This document shows, one piece after another, positions 57,654 to 64,000 of a DNA stretch of 64,000 nucleotides; positions within the stretch are counted from its first letter, which is position 1; the number at the start of each line of letters is the position of its first letter. Under the pieces are notes generated by a model that worked only from the letters and a program-made list of their open reading frames with translations, was not told the origin of the DNA and did no database searches. This DNA comes from an uncultured Poribacteria bacterium (GTDB lineage Bacteria; Poribacteria; WGA-4E; WGA-3G), in NCBI GenBank assembly GCA_958296135.2, contig CATQHZ020000001.1:4768001-4832000 (forward strand), in the 5' to 3' direction. The translations under genes were made by a program, and so were the position numbers.

Positions 57654-59315
57654 ATGAACTTCAATGCCATCAAATTAGAACTTTACAAAAACATGCTCAC
57701 CTCCATCGCAGAAGAAATGGGCGTGACGCTCCAACGCACCGCTTTCTCGCCTAATATCAAAGAACGGCTCGATTTCTCATGCGCCGTTTTTGATGCCACC
57801 GGACAGATGGTAGCGCAAGCCGCGCACATCCCCGCGCACCTCGGCTCCATGCCGCTCTCCGTACTCGCCGCAATCGAACACACTCACATGGAACCGGGCG
57901 ACATGATTGCACTAAATGACCCGTATTGTGGCGGCACTCACCTGCCGGACATTACACTTGTCGCACCGATTTTTGTCGAACAAAACGGAACGGACAACTA
58001 TAGAAATCTGTCCTTACCCGCTGTCAAAGCAACGCACGAATATAGCAATCCAGCTGTCCGCTCGCGAGGGCCTGAGTCGCCTACGTTTTTTGTGGCGAAC
58101 AGGGCACACCATGCCGATGTCGGCGGGATGACACCCGGCTCCATGCCCCTCGCAACGAGTGTCATCCAAGAAGGCATCCGCATCCCACCCATCAAACTCA
58201 TCCGAGGCGGGCAACTTAGCACAGCGTTGTGGGAACTCATCCTCGCCAATGTGCGTACACCGACAGAACGACGCGGCGATTTGGAGGCCCAACTCGCCGC
58301 CAACCGCATCGGCGAACGCCGACTGCAGGAGATGGCGGATAAATATGGCATCGCGGAGATGGAGGCATCCATGCAGGAATTGTGCGCCTATGCCAGCCGA
58401 ATGGTGCGCAACTGCCTCCAAGAAATCCCTGACGGCCGCTATACCAACGCCGATTTCTTAGACAATGACGGCATTACCGATGAACCGGTTGAAATCCGCG
58501 TCGCTATTGAAATTAAAGGAGATGAGGCAGTCGTCGATTTCAGTGGCACGGCGGGACAGGTACGCGGCTCCGTCAATGCGATTTACGCTATCACTTTGTC
58601 GGCTGTCTTCTACACGTTCCGATGCATCGCGGGGGTAGACGTGCCATCGAATGCCGGGTGCATGGAGCCGCTCCGGGTTATCGCGCCGGAAGGGAGTGTC
58701 GTTAACGCGAAATTCCCAGCGGCGGTTGCCGGTGGGAACGTCGAGACTTCGCAGCGTATCGTTGATGTGCTACTCGGAGCACTAGCGCAGGCGTGCCCAG
58801 AACGCATTCCCGCGGCGAGTTGCGGCTCCATGAACAATCTGACAGTAGGCGGCCACGACGCTGCGCGAGAGAGAGATTTCACCTACTACGAGACTATCGC
58901 TGGCGGCATGGGCGCGCGCCCCGACAGAAACGGCATCGATGCCATCCACACGCACATGACAAATACGATGAACACGCCGATAGAAGCAATTGAGACGACG
59001 TATCCGATGCAGGTTGAACGGTATGCAATCCGACGTGGGACAGGGGGTGCCGGCAAGTTTCGCGGCGGCGATGGCGTTGTGCGCTCCCTGCAGCTCCTTA
59101 CCGACGCGGAAGTGACTATCCTCTCAGAACGCCGAACGCGAGGCCCTTACGGCTTGCAAGGTGGCGAGGCGGGACAACCGGGGCGCAACGTCATGCGCCG
59201 TGATGGCGAAGAGCAGCCGTTAGCCGGAAAGGCGAGCATATCCGCGCGCAAAGGCGACATCGTGCAGATTGAAACCCCCGGCGGCGGTGGATATGGCATT
59301 GAAAAGAGCCCCTGA
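57654..59315 (+). CDS. Hydantoinase B / oxoprolinase-family protein
   Basis: SPNIKERLDFSCA, NDPY.GGTHLPD, HHADVGG, YETIAGG.GA, TPGGGGYG. Confidence 0.93.
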   Translation: MNFNAIKLELYKNMLTSIAEEMGVTLQRTAFSPNIKERLDFSCAVFDATGQMVAQAAHIPAHLGSMPLSVLAAIEHTHMEPGDMIALNDPYCGGTHLPDITLVAPIFVEQNGTDNYRNLSLPAVKATHEYSNPAVRSRGPESPTFFVANRAHHADVGGMTPGSMPLATSVIQEGIRIPPIKLIRGGQLSTALWELILANVRTPTERRGDLEAQLAANRIGERRLQEMADKYGIAEMEASMQELCAYASRMVRNCLQEIPDGRYTNADFLDNDGITDEPVEIRVAIEIKGDEAVVDFSGTAGQVRGSVNAIYAITLSAVFYTFRCIAGVDVPSNAGCMEPLRVIAPEGSVVNAKFPAAVAGGNVETSQRIVDVLLGALAQACPERIPAASCGSMNNLTVGGHDAARERDFTYYETIAGGMGARPDRNGIDAIHTHMTNTMNTPIEAIETTYPMQVERYAIRRGTGGAGKFRGGDGVVRSLQLLTDAEVTILSERRTRGPYGLQGGEAGQPGRNVMRRDGEEQPLAGKASISARKGDIVQIETPGGGGYGIEKSP

Positions 59316-59327
59316 GCGCGAAAAAGG

Positions 59328-59767
59328 CTTGAGTTGAGAATAAGCCGGATTCTGTATGCGATGATCATTCATCTCGGATGAATGTTACCATTCACCTCTA
59401 GCGGTTACCCGGGGACGAGGCGGGCACACCCTTGAATGTTCCCCGTTTTACCTTGCTCCAGATGGGGTTTACCGAGCTCCATAAGTCACCTTATGGACTG
59501 GTGCGCTTTTACCGCACCGTTTCACCTGTACACCGTCCGAGTTCTCCCTGCAGGCGCGCTTTGTGAACGCGCCTACCAGGAGAGCGAACGATGTAGTCTA
59601 CTTTCTGTTGCACTTTCCATAGCGTCGCCGCTCCTGGGGGTTACCCAGCACCCTGCCCTGCGGAGTCCGGACTTTCCTCATCCCGTCTCGCGATGCGGTG
59701 TGCGCGGTTTGCAACCGCGACTCCCGGCACCAAACGGATTGGGACGCGACCATCTACTCAACTCAAG
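59328..59767 (-). ncRNA. rnpB: RNase P RNA (bacterial type A)
   Basis: GAGGAAAGTCCGG, CAACAGAAA, GGTGAAACGGTGCGGTAAAAGCGCACC, GGTAAACCCC..CTGGAGCAAG, ACAGAATCCGGCTTAT; terminal P1 helix. Confidence 0.97.
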
Positions 59768-59810
59768 CCTCTCAATAGGATACCATAAGATGGGGATTCA
59801 GCGCAACCGC

Positions 59811-62800
59811 TTATGAACATCCGCTCGTCGAACCGCAATTGGTGCAGCGGTAGCAGACACCACTGCGCATCATCAGCGCGCCACACTCCAAGCACGGCGG
59901 GGCATCGGCGTGCTGCAACGCCACCTGCTTCTCCCGCTCTACCCACGACTCCGTGTCGCCGTTGCTGCCGTGGCCGAACGGATGCAGCTCTTCCGGCGGC
60001 ACCAGTTGTTCATCGTAATCTGTAGCGTCATCGGCCTCCTGCACGTCTTCGGGAAGGAATTCTTTGCCGAGCCACCGGTAGACATAATCCATAATCGATT
60101 TCGCCATCGGGATTTCAGGATTGTTCGTGAAACCGGATGGCTCAAACCGCACATGGCTGAATTTATTGACAAGCGATTCTAACGGCACGCCATATTGCAA
60201 CGCCACCGAGGTTAGAATCGCCACCGCATCCATCAGCCCAGAGATAACCGAACCTTCCTTGTTCATGCGGAGGAAGACTTCCCCCGGCTGGCCATCATCG
60301 TAGAGGCCGACGTGGATGTAACCCTCATGTCCACCGATGCTGAATTTGTGCGCAATAGCATTTCGTTTGTCGGGCAGACGCTTCCGAATCGGACGCTCAG
60401 CAAGCACATTGACAACTTCACTCTCAATGAGCTCAGCAGTTTCACCCTCAGCCGCATCCTGTTGACTCCGAGTAGAAAGGGGTTGGCTGCCTTTGCTGCC
60501 ATCGCGATAAACGGCGAGGCACTTCACGCCACGCTTCCACGCCTCAACGTATAACATCTTAATGTCGTCCACGGTCGCGTCGTTCGGGATATTCACCGTT
60601 TTGGAAATCGCCCCGGAGATGAACGGCTGCACAGCCGCCATCAGCTGCAGGGGTGCCATGTGATTGATATACCGAGTGCCATGTTTGCCAGATTGAACAG
60701 CGCAATCGAACACCGGATAGTGCGCGGGCGACAGATGCGGCGCGCCCTCAACAGTACCCGTGCCACAGATAATTTCCTCAGCCGCCGCAATTTCATTCGG
60801 GCTGTAGCCAATCGCCTTGAGCATGCTAAAGTTGGGCGCTGATGCCGCTTCTGCGCTGATTTCAAGTCGCTCTAAGCACTCTTCGCCAAGGAACCCGGGC
60901 GCGAAAGCAAGATTCAAGTCAAAGGAGCTCGGCAACCTCGCCTCCACCCGCGCAATGTCTTCGTTTGTGAAACCCCTGCGCCGCAGGGACTCCGGATTGA
61001 TATAGGGTGTGCCTTCAAACGTGCCTGTTCCGATGAGATGCGTGATAATCGCCTCGGTCTGCTGCAGCGAATAGCCCAATTTCTCCAATGCCTTTCGGAC
61101 ACTCTGGTTGACAATTTTCATGTAGCCGCCGCCCGCCAACTTTTTAAACTTGACGAGTGCGAATTCGGGCTCAATCCCTGTCGTATCGCAATCCATCAAA
61201 AGCGCGATAGTGCCGGTAGGCGCGATAACGCTGATCTGGGCGTTCCGATACCCCCACGCTTCGCCTATCTCAAGGCATCCGTCCCAGCCGGCCTGCGCCG
61301 CTTCCAAAAGCGCCACCGGACACGCCGCCGCGTCAATCTGATACGCGGCTTCACGGTGCATACCGATGACGGCTAACATCGATTCCCGATTTTCAGCGTA
61401 GCCCGCGAAAGGCCCGATGCTCTTGGCGATTTCCGCGCTGGTATGATAGCCGTGCCCACTCAGAATGGCGGAGATTGCACCGGCGTACGCGCGCGCCTCG
61501 GCACTATCGTAAGAGATGCCCAAGCGCATCAGGAGCGCGCCGAGATTCGCGAACCCAAGGCCGAGTGGACGATATTCGTGCGAACGCCGCGCGATGCTCT
61601 CGGTAGGATAGGCAGAAAAATCGACGATAATCTCCATGGCGGTGGCAAAAACGCGCACGGCGGCACGGAGGCCTGCAACGTCAAATGTGTCCGCTTCATC
61701 AAGAAATTTGACGAGGTTGATGCTGGCCAGGTTGCAAGCGGAATCATCAAGAAATAAATATTCACTGCACGGATTGCTGGCGTTAATCCGTCCGGTCTGC
61801 TTGCAGGTGTGCCACTTCTGAATCGTATCGTCAAACTGCACACCCGGGTCGGCGCATCCCCAGGCGGCGTGTGCGATTTTATCCATCAGCGCTCTGGCAT
61901 CATATTCGGCGGCGACTTCGCCACTAGTGCGATACGTCGTCTTCCACGAATCACCCTGGAGATAGGCGTTCATGAATATATCCGGAATTCGGACAGAATT
62001 GTTGCTGTTCTGCCCGCTGATAGTGCCGTATGCCTCGCCGTTGAAGTCTGCAGGGTATCCGGCGGCGATGAGTGCCTTCGCCTTCTGTTCCTCCTTGAAT
62101 TTCCAGTCAATATAGTCAACAATCTCCGGATGCTCCATGTCAAGGATAACCATTTTCGCGGCGCGGCGCGTTGTGCCACCCGATTTGATGCTCCCTGCCC
62201 ACCGGTCGAATCCCTCTAAGAAGGAGAGCACCCCGGAACTCTCACCGCCGCTGGAGAGATGTTCGCCTTTGGCGCGCACTTTGCTGAAATTCGAGCCGGT
62301 GCCGCTGCCGTATTTAAAGAGCCGCACCTCCGATTTTTGGAGCTCCAGCATAGAATCCAAGGAGTCGTCAACGCTCTGAATGAAACACGCCGAATTTTGC
62401 GGATGTTGATACGCGTTGGTGGAAACTGCCACTTTCTGCGCAGTGGTATCCCAATAATAATTCCCGCCGCCGCCCTCAATGCCATATTCATGCCAGAGGC
62501 CACAGTTGAACCACACAGGCGAGTTAAAGGCACCGCGCTGTGTCACGAGGAGATGGGTAAGCTCCATCTCAAACGTCTCGGCATCTTCGCGTGTGGCGAA
62601 GTAGCCGCCGAATTCTTCACCGCTGCGGCGAAGCGTGCGAGCGACGCGCGTGACTAACTGACGGACGCTGTTCTCCGAGCCGGTACCAGGAACACCCGCC
62701 TTGCGAAAATATTTAGACGCAGCAATATCCGTTGCGAGTTGGCTCCACGGTTTCGGCACTTCCACCTGCCCCATCTGAAAGATGGCTTCGCCTTTCTCGT

Positions 62801-62915
62801 TGTAGATGGCAGCATCACGCTTTTCCCATTCAACCTGCTCGTACGGATGAACGCCGGGCGTTGTAAAGTAGCGTGTGAAGGTGAGGCCATCCCCGTCGCC
62901 CACCTGATTTCTCAT
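59811..62915 (-). CDS. nrdJ: Vitamin B12-dependent (class II) ribonucleotide reductase
   Basis: FNSPVWFN, SACFI, GGTTRRAAKM, NPCSE, IAPTGT, GAISKTVN, YRDGSK; C-terminal TSCPD-like and Cys ribbon region. Confidence 0.95.
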   Translation of the reverse strand: MRNQVGDGDGLTFTRYFTTPGVHPYEQVEWEKRDAAIYNEKGEAIFQMGQVEVPKPWSQLATDIAASKYFRKAGVPGTGSENSVRQLVTRVARTLRRSGEEFGGYFATREDAETFEMELTHLLVTQRGAFNSPVWFNCGLWHEYGIEGGGGNYYWDTTAQKVAVSTNAYQHPQNSACFIQSVDDSLDSMLELQKSEVRLFKYGSGTGSNFSKVRAKGEHLSSGGESSGVLSFLEGFDRWAGSIKSGGTTRRAAKMVILDMEHPEIVDYIDWKFKEEQKAKALIAAGYPADFNGEAYGTISGQNSNNSVRIPDIFMNAYLQGDSWKTTYRTSGEVAAEYDARALMDKIAHAAWGCADPGVQFDDTIQKWHTCKQTGRINASNPCSEYLFLDDSACNLASINLVKFLDEADTFDVAGLRAAVRVFATAMEIIVDFSAYPTESIARRSHEYRPLGLGFANLGALLMRLGISYDSAEARAYAGAISAILSGHGYHTSAEIAKSIGPFAGYAENRESMLAVIGMHREAAYQIDAAACPVALLEAAQAGWDGCLEIGEAWGYRNAQISVIAPTGTIALLMDCDTTGIEPEFALVKFKKLAGGGYMKIVNQSVRKALEKLGYSLQQTEAIITHLIGTGTFEGTPYINPESLRRRGFTNEDIARVEARLPSSFDLNLAFAPGFLGEECLERLEISAEAASAPNFSMLKAIGYSPNEIAAAEEIICGTGTVEGAPHLSPAHYPVFDCAVQSGKHGTRYINHMAPLQLMAAVQPFISGAISKTVNIPNDATVDDIKMLYVEAWKRGVKCLAVYRDGSKGSQPLSTRSQQDAAEGETAELIESEVVNVLAERPIRKRLPDKRNAIAHKFSIGGHEGYIHVGLYDDGQPGEVFLRMNKEGSVISGLMDAVAILTSVALQYGVPLESLVNKFSHVRFEPSGFTNNPEIPMAKSIMDYVYRWLGKEFLPEDVQEADDATDYDEQLVPPEELHPFGHGSNGDTESWVEREKQVALQHADAPPCLECGALMMRSGVCYRCTNCGSTSGCS

Positions 62916-63074
62916 AAGTTTTCCCCTCTCATCAATTGTTTTCGATTGTCTCAAAAAAACATAGTAACGTCATATCGGATACTATGATACCAAAAAAAGC
63001 AGATTATTGCAAGAGGAATTTTGCCCACATATTTTTTCTTGACATCGCAATGTCAATTCTGTTATGATAACAAC

Positions 63075-63395
63075 ATGCGACAATTAAGCCTCAACCGCAA
63101 CAGCAAGCCGGTCCGAGAATACTACGCCACGCTGCAACAATACGATGCCTCGGCGCACGCGCTGACTTTTGGTGCCTGGCCACGGATGTTATCCCGAACA
63201 ACTGCCTCATTACAACCGATCCAAATCACTGCTTCCCCTTCTACATTTACGATGAAGACAGCACCAACCGCGGCGAGAACATCACCGACTGGGCAGTGGA
63301 GCGGCATTGTTGAGTTGCTCGGGCGCATTATCACCGTCAGCATAGAGACAGTGCGGCTGGTTGAGAGTTTGTCGGCACTCCATTCGCCGTTATAG
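63075..63395 (+). pseudogene. Collapsed relic of a Type ISP restriction-modification gene
   Basis: N-terminal patch KPVREYYATLQQY; out-of-frame patch HCFPFYIYDEDSTNRGENITDWA; C-terminal patch IVELLGRIITVSIETVRLV. Confidence 0.7.
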
Positions 63396-63473
63396 TTCCG
63401 CAGGCGGAACATCCTTCAAGCAATCAAGACCGGGGGGGTTTCTCCTACAAGGAGACATTATTCAAACAAAAAC

Positions 63474-64000
63474 ATGAAAAACGCCCGGGGCGATCTAACA
63501 CAAGGCAATCTCCTAAAACACCTCTTGCGGCTCGCGGTGCCGTTAACGCTGAGCAATATCCTGCAAGATGCCTTTAACATCGTGGATATGATTTTCGTTG
63601 GGAGATTAGGCCCCGCGTCCATCGCCGCGGTCGGCGTGAGTGGCAATTTGCTGCGGCTTGTCAGCGTTATCTCACTCGGCATCTCCACGGGGAGTGGGGT
63701 AATGGTGGCGCAGTATCTCGGCGCGAAGAACCGTGCGCAGGCGGAGCATGTCGCGATGCAGGCGATTCTACTCTCCATCTTCTTCTCCATCGGCATCGCG
63801 CTCATCGGCTATCCACTCGCGGAGCAAGGGTTACTCACCGTCCGCATGACAGACCCGGAGGTGTTACGCCTCGGCACAACCTACATGCATATCATTCTCA
63901 TCGGGAGCAGCGCGATGTTTTTGTCAATGACACTCGGTTCTATCTTTCGCGCCGGTGGCGACGCGGTCACGCCGATGGTGGTGCTGATTTTCTCAACAGT
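63474..64000 (+). CDS. MATE-family efflux transporter (partial, runs off the window)
   Basis: Manual translation: MKNARGDLTQGNLLKHLLRLAVP...NIVDMIFVGRLGPASIAAVG...VAQYLGA...FRAGGDAVTPM. Confidence 0.92.
   Translation, partial: MKNARGDLTQGNLLKHLLRLAVPLTLSNILQDAFNIVDMIFVGRLGPASIAAVGVSGNLLRLVSVISLGISTGSGVMVAQYLGAKNRAQAEHVAMQAILLSIFFSIGIALIGYPLAEQGLLTVRMTDPEVLRLGTTYMHIILIGSSAMFLSMTLGSIFRAGGDAVTPMVVLIFST

Noticed and set aside
62916-63040. Cobalamin riboswitch or NrdR box upstream of nrdJ
   Set aside because: The region is short and AT-rich with no B12-box, and I found no convincing NrdR palindrome.

Overview
GC-rich bacterial chromosomal window, most likely Candidatus Poribacteria. This is inferred from the lamin-tail protein with a PLPV...ATTWGALK C-terminus and the families of small coiled-coil, PD-(D/E)XK-like and aspartyl-protease genes. 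Left part (1-19 kb): Usp, two STAS proteins, acnA, a TPR protein, a cyclase-STAND-TPR protein, M20 and M28 peptidases, a VWA protein, a DRG-type GTPase, and a TnpB-only IS607-type element. That element splits a 606-bp gene at a GG dinucleotide. Middle part (19-39.5 kb): an accessory zone built around a REP-associated tyrosine transposase (RAYT). It holds about 10 same-polarity arrays of GTAG-REP hairpins, many carrying modular cassettes at one fixed loop position. Interleaved are TA-like pairs, a large multi-promoter surface protein and seven members of a W-x-x-RR...EPxP protein family; two are membrane-anchored with an internal RBS+ATG and five are the short form alone. Right part: a dcw cluster (rsmH to ftsZ, no mraZ or murB) headed by a consensus sigma-54 promoter, then a Gfo/Idh/MocA oxidoreductase, hydantoinase B, RNase P RNA, class II RNR, a collapsed Type ISP R-M relic and a partial MATE transporter. 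Single REP hairpins also sit in-frame inside several genes, including murC and murD, and in variable helices of rnpB. All calls come from reading the sequence by eye; no database searches were run.
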